Assembly (NCBI RefSeq): GCF_006345805.1
Contig: NC_043001.1
Span: forward strand, 2,790,001 to 2,854,000
DNA: 64,000 nt
Reading direction: 5' to 3'
DNA from: Octopus sinensis
Lineage: Eukaryota
Position numbers and translations under genes: made by a program. This document shows positions 1 through 11,881 of this stretch, in pieces (within the stretch, counting starts at the first letter, position 1; each line of letters begins with the position of its first letter). The notes below the pieces were generated by a model. That model was not told where the DNA came from and did not search any database. It saw nothing but the letters and a program-made list of their open reading frames with translations.

Positions 1-1266
1 GTGGTTAAGGGGTTTGCCTCGCCAACCACAAGGTTCTGGTTTCAATCCCAGCATGGGAAAGTGATTTCTACTTTAGCCTCAAGGCTGAGCGGGTTTGGGA
101 AATGGAAATGGTGCACAATGTAAATTGGCTGGCACTAAGAAGAGGAACCAGTTGGAGAAAAGATGCCAAACCAGACATTGGAGAGTGATGCAGTCCTTCG
201 ATGCATTCAACCCTTTCAAACTCTCTGACCCATGACAACATAGAACATGAATGTTAAATGAGGATGATCTTACACACACACACAAACACACAAACACACA
301 CATACATTGTCTGATTGGTGCAAATGAGGGTTACTTTCATTCAAGCAGTTTCGTTTATTTCTGATATTCTGAGCATAGAATAATATTACTTAAGCTTGGA
401 GAAAGACAAGGGTAAGTGGCAGGAAGGGCACCCATCTGCAGAAAATCTTCCTCAATAAATTCCATGAAAGCATGGAAAAGCGAACATCAAAATGATGAAG
501 TTGATTACGATGATTCTGTTGATGATGACGACGATGATGAAGATAATAATGATAGCAACAATTATGATGATGATGAGGATGGGAGAGGATGACGATGACG
601 ATGTCAATGACAACGATGATGGCAGTAGTGATGAAGATGATGACGATGACGATGATGATGTACAACTGCAAGAAGAATCGTGTCTTTGAGCAAGGGATGA
701 AGTTGCTCCCACTGATCCTGAAATTTGGAGTCCCATAAAATAATGAATCAGCAGAGTCATATAGGAGTCAGATGAAGATACCTTGTGGTGTTTTTCTCTG
801 AGTCTTTGTGTTCTGATTTTGAGCCCCATCAAGACCTACTCTATCTTCTGTCCTTTTGGGGTTGATAAAATAAAGTACCAATTTAGAGTATGGATTGATG
901 GAATCGTTAGGGTGTCAGAGAGGATGCCATGGGATAAATGTTCTGGTTCTTTGGTTTTTGAGTTCAAATCTTGTAATCATTTTGATTGGTAAATTCATTC
1001 TTTCTACAGGTTTAGCACCCCTACATGACAGTTTGGGGCCTTTAGCAGAGAAATCTACCCATTTGGAAAGCCTCAAGGAAGGCCTCCACTTAGGAATTCC
1101 TCCCCGCTTCTCTCCTTCTCTCTGTCAACAATTTTGGAGGCCCCAGAAGGGTCATAGTGGTTTTGTTCTTCCATCCTGACAAAAATGTTGTGGAGGACAT
1201 TCCAGTTTGGAAGTGATAAACACAAATCATCTTACAGTCCTATATTTAAGAGATGAGGAATTATGT

Positions 1267-1530
1267 ACATTATTTACATTATTTATATTTGACAGATATT
1301 TGTCCTCATCTTGTTTGTTGTTAACCCAATCTTTCGGCTGATATACCCTCCAGCTTTCAGGTAGGTGTCTTGGGGAAATTTCAAACCTGGGTTCTCATTC
1401 ATAAGATATTTTTTGATGTTATTATTATTATTATTATTCAGGGCACTGCTTGGAATTGAACTCGGAATCCTGGGTTTAGTAGCCCGTGCTCTTAACCACT
1501 ATGCCATATACCCATGGGCAATTATGGAGT
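1267..1530 (-). mobile_element. tRNA-headed SINE-like element with decayed hammerhead motif (left arm of foldback)
   Basis: Reverse-complement homologue of 1552-1814: tRNA-like head, (AAT)n, body, hammerhead-like segment with mutated core (CTACCTGA), AATGTAAAT tail. Confidence 0.8.
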
Positions 1531-1551
1531 AAATTTTAGTGAATTTAAAAT

Positions 1552-1814
1552 TCACTCCATAATTGCCCACAGGCATATAATGTAGTGGTTAAGAGCATGG
1601 GCTACTAAACCCAAGATTCCAAGTTTGGTTCTAGGCAGTGACCTGAATAATAATAATAATAACATCAAAAAATACATTAGGAATGAGAACACAGGTTCGA
1701 AATTTCCCCCAAGACACCTGATGAAGGCTGGAGAGTATATCAGCCGAAAGATTGGGTTAACAACAAACAAGATGAGGACAAATATCCGTCAAATGTAAAT
1801 AATGTAAATAATGT
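1552..1814 (+). mobile_element. tRNA-headed SINE-like element with hammerhead motif (right arm of foldback)
   Basis: A-box-like TAGTGGTTAAGAGC, degenerate B box, (AAT)n, then GACAC-CTGATGA-A-GGCTG/CAGCC-GAAA at 1713-1749 and AATGTAAAT tail. Confidence 0.8.
1713..1758 (+). ncRNA. Minimal type I hammerhead ribozyme-like motif (core intact, stems I/III imperfect)
   Basis: CTGATGA 1718-1724, 5-bp stem II GGCTG/CAGCC, GAAA 1746-1749, then GATT and GGGTT pairing with GACAC with one mismatch. Confidence 0.55.
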
Positions 1815-1925
1815 TCTTCAATAGTTTAGTGACTGTAGACAGGGTAGCATCAATGATCCTTTTTAGGGCTCTGCAACTGATGAGAGGAAAGTAGCAGCTT
1901 ATATTGCAGAACATGGTCTGAATGT

Positions 1926-2108
1926 TTATAGCTCAGGATATTTGATCTCCAGCAAGCAGCAGCCATCAGGAAGATGTCTGAACAGAGATGCTTTATATAG
2001 GAAATATAATATAACTGAGTGTGGCCACAACAGATCAAATGGAACCAGTAAAAGAGTGAATGATATTGCCATTCCATAAATCAAACTGACAGCTTCCAGA
2101 ATGTTTTG
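1926..2108 (-). CDS. Candidate terminal coding exon of an unidentified gene (QNILEAVSLIYGMAISFTLLLVPFDLLWPHSVILYFLYKASLFRHLPDGCCLLEIKYPEL*)
   Basis: Polypyrimidine acceptor ctctcttttag, 60 open codons to TAA; diverged in-frame paralogue at 4286-4471. Confidence 0.35.
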   Translation of the reverse strand, partial: QNILEAVSLIYGMAISFTLLLVPFDLLWPHSVILYFLYKASLFRHLPDGCCLLEIKYPEL

Positions 2109-2334
2109 CTAAAAGAGAGAGAGAGAAATAAATGATCATTTTCATTTTACACCCATTTTTCCAGGCTGGGATGGGTTGGATACGTTTTGGTTTCTCAGCA
2201 TCAGCACACACTATTGTCATTGTGTGTGTGTGTATGCATGTAAGCATCTATGTCTATATATGTGTGTGCACATGTATATGTATGTATGTTTTTATATGTG
2301 TATGTATATGTGTGGGTGGGTGTGGAGGTGCATA

Positions 2335-2560
2335 CATCATCATCATCATCATTGTTTAGCATCTGTTTTCCATGCTGGCATGGGTTGGACAGTTTAACCA
2401 GAGCCAGTAGCTGCATCATGCTCTCATCTGGTCTGGCAGAGTTTCTACAGATGGATGCCCTTCCTAATACCAACCACTCTGAAAGAGTAGTGGGTGCTTT
2501 CTTATATGCCACTGGCCTGGCATCGATCACATTTGGATAGTGCTTTTTATATGCCATATA
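2335..2560 (-). mobile_element. RTE-3'UTR-type short repeat with (GAT)n tail
   Basis: CCATGCTGGCATGGGTTGGAC...CTGGATGCCCTTCCTAAT family motif beside (CAT)n. Confidence 0.8.
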
Positions 2561-4285
2561 TATGCAAAATAAGGTCATCTTTTGCCTTTGATCTTTTCAG
2601 CATCAATGAATTAAGACAGCAGTTGCATACTCTGACTAGCTCTTTGCTTTCTCTCAAACTCCTTTCGGTCTCACTTTCTGGAAGAACTCAGCAGTGGTTA
2701 GACCTACAGAGAGAAAGATGGGTTCTATAAAGACCAAAATGCTTGAGACCCTGCCTATGAGATGATGGCACCCCTACGACTTTAATGAGGAATGGACAGC
2801 AACAGAAATAACCGACCAGCATTGTGCTGTATGTCTTTTATTTCACAACTCACTGTTCCACATGGATTGTGCACACCTACAAATACGACTCTGTGAGCAT
2901 GGGATGGAGTTAAGTAATGTGAGAGAATAAACACATCAGCTGCCAATTTAAAAATATTCCATCTACAAGCCACTTTGCAGTCTTTGTCTACAGAATTTCC
3001 TTAGCATTGCTTTGGTTATGTGAAGCTGTTGTAGAAGACCCTAACCAAAGTAGTCTGTATGGAATAGGATTGAACCTGAATCTCTGTGACTAGAAGCAAA
3101 TATGTCCACGTGTCATATGAAGAGAGAAAGAACACCAACTCAGAACGCTTAACAGAATGCTGTAATACAGAATGGATATCAGTTCAGTGCTCACTTACAT
3201 TCTACTAAGCAAAGAAACAAAGAAAAAAAATGGTTAATTTTCTAATGAAATTTAAATATTTGTGAATAATGTCAGATTTAAGTTTATAAACAGCAACCTA
3301 TTTCAGTTGCTATTGATTTATTTAGGCACTCTCTCTCTCTCTTTTTTTTTTTGTTAACCAAATCAAAGATTTACTGTCATATTAAATCAGAAATATCTAA
3401 TGTTTTAGGTTTTTAGAATATTTTTTATTGGTAAAAATCTAGATATAGAGATATAAAGATCTGCTTTGCCATTGACATCGTGGATCTTCTCTTAGCATTC
3501 CAGGATTCCACACTAAATTATTTAAATGGTATGCAGACAGACTAAGGTTTTAAAAATGGAAGAAAGAAATTGAAAATAAATAGTTAAATAAATAAACTGA
3601 TAAGTGAATAAACTATGTAAAAAAAATAAAGAAATAACTACAACAAATAGAATTGTGATTGCAAATGAGGATTACATTGTTTGTATTGGATATTGTAATG
3701 ATAGCTTAATATTCCGAGAGAATAAAATGCAAAAAGAAACGAAACAGAAAGTAATTTTAAAAAAGTAAAAAAAAAGAAAAAGGAAAGAAATCTAAAAAAG
3801 GAAAGAAATAAAAGAGAAATATAATGGAGAAGGAAACAAGAAGAAAAAGTAACTGAAGACAATTGCACTCTCTTGGCATATATTTTTGGTACCATTTTTA
3901 ATCCTTTATTATGCATTCAAGAATGCCACTGGAGATAAGAACCAATTGATTTTGCAGCAGGTATCCAACTAAAATTCCAATAGCATTATTTCGTTAATCA
4001 ATGAATATTAAGATTTCAATCAAGATAGCACTTTTCTTTGACTGAAATACTAAACCAGAACATAACAAATAGTTCCTTACTTCAGCAATTGATAACAGAG
4101 AGGCTGTTGATGAATTTATTACGTTTTGCTTCTACTTGTTAGAGATGGAACTACATGTAGATATATATGCTTGTGTGTCTGTATGCGTGTGGGTGCATTT
4201 GTATATATGTATTATGTCAGTTCTTAAAATGACTTATTGTTTGCTCAATAAACTCTATCTTAAGGTCATTCAATAGACAATATGT

Positions 4286-4471
4286 TTATAGATGGCGAAA
4301 TTTGATCTCTAGCAAACAACAGCCATCATGAAGATTCCTATACATGTATGCTTTATATATGAAATATAATATAATAGCTCAGTACAACCAGAGCTGATTG
4401 AATGTAACAAGTAAAAGAGTCAATGATATTGCCATACCATATATCAAAATGACAGCTTCCAGAACGTTTTG
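4286..4471 (-). pseudogene. Degenerate paralogue of the 1926-2108 exon-like block
   Basis: About 81% identical by manual alignment, one 3-nt indel, in-frame TGA, acceptor AG changed to AC, same terminal CTA TAA. Confidence 0.4.
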
Positions 4472-4567
4472 GTAAAAGAGGCAGAAACAAAAGTTTAAAT
4501 TAACATAGCAGTTTATTTCTTGGTGTTGAAATAGTAAATTGTCATAATAATCATTTTTTGTGACCAG

Positions 4568-4835
4568 CATCGCCTTACTGGCACCTGTGCCGGTGGCATG
4601 TGTAAAAATATTTGTGTGAGGTCATTGCCAGTACCGCATGACTGGCCCCCATGCAGGTGGTAAGTAAAAGCACCCACTACTCTCTCGGAGTGGTTGGTGA
4701 TAGGAAGGGCATCCAGCTGTAGAAACTTTGCCAGATCAAGAATGGAGCCTGGTGCAGCCTTCTGGTTTGCCAGCCCTCAGTCAAAATCGTCCAACCCATG
4801 CTAGCATGGAAAGTGGATGTAAAACGAACGACGAT
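4568..4835 (+). mobile_element. RTE-3'UTR-type short repeat
   Basis: AAAAGCACCCACTAC...GGAAGGGCATCCAGCTGTAGAAAC...CCATGCTAGCATGGAAAG family motif. Confidence 0.85.
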
Positions 4836-5134
4836 TTACGCCCATTGACTACAATGCTGGTATGTGCTGGATGGGTCACAAAAGCTTGCCACACATTCCA
4901 GTCTTTAATCATTCTGTATCTATAGCAAAAGAAAACTGGTCAACATTATGTTGTGTCATCCTTTTACATTTGGCACCGTTTTCAGTGATGTATTGCCTCA
5001 CCATTCACAGCCTGCTGAGCAACATGAACTCCGAGCATTTTATCATGCCATTGGTACTTGAGAATTTATACTTGATGGAACTAAAGAGTCTTCTCTATAC
5101 TGTAGTAATTTCTACTCAGAGTAGTTGCCGCCGA

Positions 5135-5337
5135 CCCTTTAGCATTTAAACTGACCATATCTGGCCAAAATATTTTCCCTCATTTATGTTGACACTGACA
5201 AGATTTGACCTCTCACACCTACCATGCAATGTCCTTGTAAGACTTAAACAATCAGATCACTGAAATAATGCATGATTAATTCAAAACAATGTGAATCAAT
5301 AAGTTTGACCGAGTGATCTGAATGCTGAGGGGGTTAA
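5135..5337. mobile_element. piggyBac-like MITE
   Basis: Imperfect terminal inverted repeats CCCTTTAGCATT / AATGCTGAGGGG followed by TTAA on the right; left TSD degenerate. Confidence 0.5.
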
Positions 5338-7499
5338 ATCCTGATATAAAAATATTTAAGAAATTTCCAACTCAGCAAATTTCCATTTGATTTCCTATGG
5401 TTTATGTTGTATCATGAAGGTTCTCAAAATTTTCTTCCAGGGTGTCCCTTTAGCATGTCTGACCAGTTTGGGGCTTACACATTAGATACCATACATCAGA
5501 CAATACGAAAATGTATCTTTTGGTATTAATTTAATTTAATGAGTCCATTTCCAAATGTGATCTGTTTAGTCTTTGATGTTGATGAGAAGAAAAAAAAATA
5601 CTGGTCAAATTCTGGGTGTGGTACTATGAACTCTTCCCATCTCCAATTTTTTGTTTGTGATGTTTTGCAATATTTGTCCTAGTTCTTTGCATTCTAAGTT
5701 CAAATCCTTCCACGGCCACTTGGATCGTAGGCATAATCTGTTCCTTGGTTTAACACTACCATCAATTTGGGGACTTTTAGCACTCTGTTGGAAGCATTTG
5801 TGATAGATTTCTGGTTTGCAGAAACAGCAGTCGTCTTCCTTGTTTCTCTCTAGTCTTGGAGACCCCATAAATAGTCAGTGAATTGCCCATCCTCTATGGC
5901 TACAAAAATAATTTTAAAAATCACAAAAAAAACCAAGGTGCAAGCTGGAGCTTAGTTTGGAATTTTGTGTTCAAGGCCATTTAATTTCAATTTTATCATC
6001 CGTGCACTAGGCAAGGCATGAATGTCATAACTTCGCATTTTCACTTAGCTATAATTTAATTCTTCATCCTAATTGAGGCAATCGTTTAGAAATAGCTGCC
6101 AACTCTCCCTCAGACCACAGCCTATCATAATAATATGATTTATAAAGTGCACTATACTTGAAAACCAAAACTGTGATTGCCACGACTGGAGTGCCTTTCA
6201 TATGAGATTTAGTCAAATGATATTGACCTGGGACTAAACAACAGTAATTCTTTAGCTATGTCACTGATGTCATTACCATTAATTTTATCAGAAATGGCAA
6301 AACTGGGTGTTTTCTACCCTTTTAGAAGGGTTTAGAGTTATTTTGAGTTAGTCCAAGGTCTTAGGTTATTTCGGAGAATAGGACACTGTGGCACTCATTC
6401 CACAGTATTGATATAATTACGTGAGATTGTTGCAACTGAGAAGTGAAACCTCCGTCACATTTTACTGGTGGCTCAGCTCTTTCTCTGCAAAGGTTTATCA
6501 ACCCCCACCCCCCATGTTAAATAATTGCCTTCTTTTGCATCAATCGAATGGACAATGACACTGTTACTTTTCACTCTGGTATTTGGCATTTGCCACTTTG
6601 GCTTGCTAAGGAATGACATCTTGTGTCTCATTTCAAACATAAATAAATAATTCTAAGATTTGGATTACAGTTGTATTAATCTTGATCAAATTATTTTCCT
6701 GCATTGCAGCATCAGCACCGTTAAGGTGAAGAATTTGTGTTCGTAATACATAACAAGTTGATATCGAGAAGCAAAGGGTCTCTATGCTAGGAAATGTCTC
6801 AATACTCTCTTATCTGTTCTGTGAATTCCACTGCTTCTAAAATCTAAACAGGGTTAATTAGCCATTGTGGAGATGCTGAAGATTATAGATTCAAGAACTT
6901 ACCATTTAGTTTTATGGTGCTCTAAAGACATAAAATATTTAGCATATAAGACCATTATTGTAACACAGAGGCAGCTTCTGTTTCTATGAAATACATTTAA
7001 CACTTCCGATATTTAACTGCCAAACTTCACAAATAATAATTGTATTTACGCAACTCCATGTTATTTTCTCTTATATCCAGCACAAATGGTTTTATATTCT
7101 GCTTCGAGCTAAACCAAACCGTTGACCTAGTTTTGATTCTCATTCAGTTGTATGACCTTTGGTCTTCTGTGTTCAAAACTTGTTGAGGTCACCTTGGAAT
7201 TTCAACCTCCTGGAGGTGATGAACAAGTAAAGTACCATTGAATAACAGGGGAACAGTTATATTTCTATAAAGCCTCCAAGACATAGTTGAAATTATGATG
7301 ACATACAAGAGTACATTTGCTTCATTTGCTAAAACAGGGAAAGCTTGAATGTTGTATTTATGTGTGTTAGAGGTGCAACGGATAAGAATATTAACTAACC
7401 GTTGGTGTGAAAATAGAGATATCGAGTTCAAATCATGTGCTATCTACTAACAGAAATTGCTGTTATGCAGGAATATGAAACCAAGCAATGACCAAAGAT

Positions 7500-7730
7500 G
7501 GTGGAGATGTTAATATTGATTTCAAATTTTGGCACAAGACCAGCTGTTTCTTGTGATGGGAAAAGTTGATTACATTTACCCACACTATTCAACTGGTACT
7601 TATTTTATCAACCCTGAAAGTATGAAAGGCAAAGTAAGCCTCAGCAGAATTTGAACTCAAAACATAAAGCTAGAAAAATATTAAGCCTCTTACCAAATGT
7701 GCTAACAATTCTGCTAGTTCACCCCTGCCT
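7500..7730 (-). mobile_element. tRNA-derived SINE (family ending GGCCTTGTGCCAAAATTTGAAA)
   Basis: Reverse complement of the family seen at 49240 and 58890. Confidence 0.75.
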
Positions 7731-9665
7731 GAGCAGAGGTGAAAATATTAAAAACATGTACAGATACATATTTTGGAAACAACATATATAATCTTATCTC
7801 AGATGTTTAAAGATTTAGTTACACAATTACATTTTTTAATTTCTTGTGACTGTGTGGCTAAAAACTTTCTTTTGCAGCTATGGAGTTCTGGGTTCAATCC
7901 TACTGTATAGCAGCTTTGACAAGTGGCATCTACTGCCACACCAGGTCCCAAAATCTGTTTTGCCTTGGTTTCTTCAGTGTTGTAGCAGCATCAGTGCAAG
8001 AAGAGGATGCTCACCCTTAACAAAAGGAAAAGGTCCTCTTTACCTGTTATATTTTATATACAGGGTACGAGGGGTGCCTTTTAACCTAGAATCAGCAGGA
8101 GAGATGTTGCCTTCTCACCAGCAGGACTGAAGCATCCTGAAAGATCCCAAAGAATCGTGTCTGTACTATGTTGTCTTTAATTATCTGAGGCAACATAATT
8201 GAGATGATGAATAGGAAAGGAATGTGATGAGGGAAAGAGAACCAGAAAGAGGAAGGTGGGTGTGTGAGGGATGAGGGGAGAATTAGATAAACACACACAC
8301 ACACACACATCCTAATTAATAATTGGCATTGTTTTGCACATTGTTCTTACTTTTAGGTTTGAATCTGTTGTCAAATGACTGCTTTTAATTAACCAGATTT
8401 TCTTCATTTTTTTGTCTGGAAATACACATACACATTCACACTACATTCATACTGTTATACATGCACGTACGTGCACTCACACTCATATAACACCGACACA
8501 CACACATAGATAGATACACACACACATACAGCCACATAGGTGTACATACATATTTATGTGTTTAATTTTAGAATAGCAACAGAGAAAATATTGATAATTA
8601 ATTGCGATTATTTGACGACAAATTCAAACTGTAACTAAGAGTAATGTGTGCAAAAAAGAAAAATTGTTAATAATTATTAATTATATTATATTAATTATAC
8701 AATAATATATTTGGTTAACATAAAATATATCTTTTCATGGTTGAAATAATGTTATTTTATATTGGGAAGTAAAAATATCAAAACAACAACAAAACGTTAG
8801 TCGTATCTCATTGTACGACTGTGTCAATTAAATTAATTCTGAGTAATTATGAATTATATAACTGACAGAATGTAATTTGAATTCATCTTCTGTAAAAATA
8901 TGAATCCTAATATTTTCAAAATAATGATTAACGACAAACAACCCATGCATAACAATTAATTTCTCTTTAGAATTATTGATTTCAGAATATGTAACTGAAT
9001 TAGGAAGAAATCTACCAGTAAGTTTAATATGTCTGTACTGTCACAATCTCTGCCAGAAGATTCTTGAAGAAGTCTGTAAAGTTATATAGGTTTTGTTATT
9101 TAATTCATCAAGCGATGGCAGTAATCGGAGAGCAGGGTATTTCTAGTACTTTCTTTTCTGTCAATGCATGGAGCTATGATAGGAAAAATATTTGGGTTAT
9201 AAATGGAAAGACTGTAGATTAGGCAGGAGAAGTGGTGATGGCTTTTAATTGAATCTAAATTAGGGAAAAGGTTTTACCATAGATGGCGCATGCATATGCT
9301 GAATGCTGTTAGAACTAGTCTTGTGTTAGTTGCACATTCGAACATAATCCCTCAGCACAATACCACCATCAAGCCAACAGCCTTCGCAGACTCTCTTAGA
9401 TTGATGAGATTCTTTCCATTAAGGTACTTCTTAACTTTTATGTTTACCATATTTCTAATTGAAAGATATTGCCTTTCCTTTCAGTTATTTTTGAAAACAT
9501 GAAGAATTCTATAAAATAAACTTATGACAATGGTGCTTGGAACATAAAGTGATATAAAAATTCGAAAGATGGCTTTGATTTAGATCACTCAAACACTTTT
9601 GTTTCCGGCTTCCCAGACCCCAGTTGAACCGTCCAACCCATGCTAGCATGGAAAGCGGACGCTAA

Positions 9666-9699
<34 letters not shown>

Positions 9700-9794
9700 C
9701 AGTTGAAATGCACTGCCTTTGTTTAAATTAATTCTTAAATTAATGAAAAGTTTAACAAAATAACTTTGTGATTTATGGGACGTTATTTGGAATG

Positions 9795-10031
9795 TGCTGG
9801 TGGCACGTGAAAAGCACCATCCGAATGTTGTTGATACCAGTGCTGCCTGACTGGCTCCTATGCTGGTGGAGCATAAAAAGCACTCACTACACTCTTGGAG
9901 TGGTTGGCATTAGGGAGGGCATCCAGCTGTAGAAACATTGCCAGATCATATTGAAGTCTGGTGCAGCCTTCTGCCTTGCCAGTCCTCAACCAAACCGTCC
10001 AACCCATGCCAGCATGGAAAACGGATGTTAA

Positions 10032-10075
<44 letters not shown>
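9795..10075 (+). mobile_element. RTE-3'UTR-type short repeat with (GAT)n tail
   Basis: Family motif ending CCATGCCAGCATGGAAAACGGATGTTAAA(TGA)n; a truncated copy lies at 9600-9700. Confidence 0.85.
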
Positions 10076-10270
10076 ACTGACATGAAATTTTAATGGAAGA
10101 TTGAAAGTAAACAGTGCTACTTGTATGATTGTGTTTTACAATTATCACACGATACCAAGACAAGGTAAAACAATACAAAACATACAAACAGGCAAATTCA
10201 CAGCTATACCAGTAATTGGTGCATTTAGTTTTGTGAGTAAATGCTTAAGTAGCAATTTGACAATCTAGAT

Positions 10271-10623
10271 CAGTGATTCTCAACTGGGGTCCATATGGCC
10301 CCTGAGGGTCCGTTTATAAGATTTCTTGGGGTCCAAACACCAAAATCATAAACTGAGATCCACAGTGGTCTTTTAAGGCTCCCTGAAAACATTTTGCTTT
10401 AGATGTGTGTGATTGGTGTGTTTTGCAAGAAACAGCTGGGATTCTTTCTCTGGCATTTTGCATAATTCAAATTGCACAAGTTTATGTGCGAGAAACAAAA
10501 TAGAAAGTTTGAAAGAAGTTTTTACTAGATTTTAAAAACTAGTTTTTAAACATCAAATCGCTATTGAGGTCCACGAGAATAAAATTTTAATCAGGGGGGG
10601 GGGCCCATGGTTGGGAACCCCTA
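10271..10623. mobile_element. hAT (Charlie-like) MITE with 8-bp TSD ATCTAGAT
   Basis: TIR-like CAGTGATTCTCAAC / GTTGGGAACCCCTA; identical ATCTAGAT at 10263-10270 and 10624-10631, matching the NTCTAGAN target typical of Charlie hATs. Confidence 0.85.
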
Positions 10624-11544
10624 ATCTAGATAAACTAATGGATTTAAGAGAAAGAAATCAATCAACTCAAATACAATGAGTAAGTGGAACAGTAAAAATG
10701 TGCAAGATGTTTCTCAATTTTAAAATGTGACATTGTTTCCATTACTTAGATTCCAACAACTGAGTTTTGTGTCTTTGTTAGAAACTGGTTCCTTCCTCAG
10801 AGGAAGATTTTAGATAATTACAGACAGAAGAGGAAATACACACACACACACACACATATGCACACACACACACACACACACACCACACACACACACATAT
10901 ATACATACGATGCGAAAGATATTTAGAACTTATGAAGAAAGATAGAGAAAGCAAATTGGCTGCTTTTTTACAAGAGAAAGAAAAAGGAATGAAAAAATGT
11001 CAAATAAAGGTCTGGGAGTAGAAGGAAGAGGGTGATGCAAGGGTTGGGGTAGGAGGATGAGACTGTGAACAAGTTATTTTGTCTGTACATACGCTATAAT
11101 GGTTGTATTGACCTGTACAAGGCAAAAAGTCAAATAGTCAAATAAAATATGTTTCCAATACTGTTATTATATCAAAAATAAAACAATAAGACAGAAATCT
11201 TATATAATGGCATAATAATAATAATAATAATAACAATAATAATAATAATAATAACAACAACAATAGTAAATGCTTTTCCTCAAAATACTCTCCCCATCTA
11301 AAATATATTTTTACAAATAATTTATGAGTGTGTCACATGCCTTTCACTAAATAAAGTAGAAAAATCTAATTTTGACTTAGTAGTCAACTATTATTTTATA
11401 TATATCTTAACCTTATCCAAAGTTTTGTGAAATATTATTTAAAAAGAATGATAAAATAAAATAAGAAAAGAAAACAAATAAATTACATTTCCTGTTTCTC
11501 TATTAATATTTTACTTACATCTCTGTTTCCAGCTTCGTTTATGA

Positions 11545-11586
<42 letters not shown>

Positions 11587-11776
11587 GTGTGAGTGTGTGA
11601 ATGTGTCTAACTGTGTGTGTATCTCAGGAAAATTGAAGACAAATTATATAAACTTATTTGCTAGTTAACTGAGAAATCAGAGAAAAAAACTGGCACCAGA
11701 AGAGTTTGGTATATTTTTATCTCAATATTCATAGTTCATAATCTGAAATCACATTTACATGTATATATGTGTGTAT

Positions 11777-11817
<41 letters not shown>

Positions 11818-11848
11818 TATGCATAAGAAATATACATATGCCTATGTC

Positions 11849-11881
<33 letters not shown>

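Noticed and set aside
1970-2060. Resemblance of LYKASLFRHLPDGC to the start of a cyclic-nucleotide-binding domain
   Set aside because: A stop follows about 9 codons later in both copies, truncating any such domain, and the upstream spacing does not fit.
5605-5868. 87-aa ORF MGSPRLERNK...
   Set aside because: Partly overlaps a SINE-like segment (GATTTGAACTTAGAATGCAAAGAAC); no domain or splice signals recognised.
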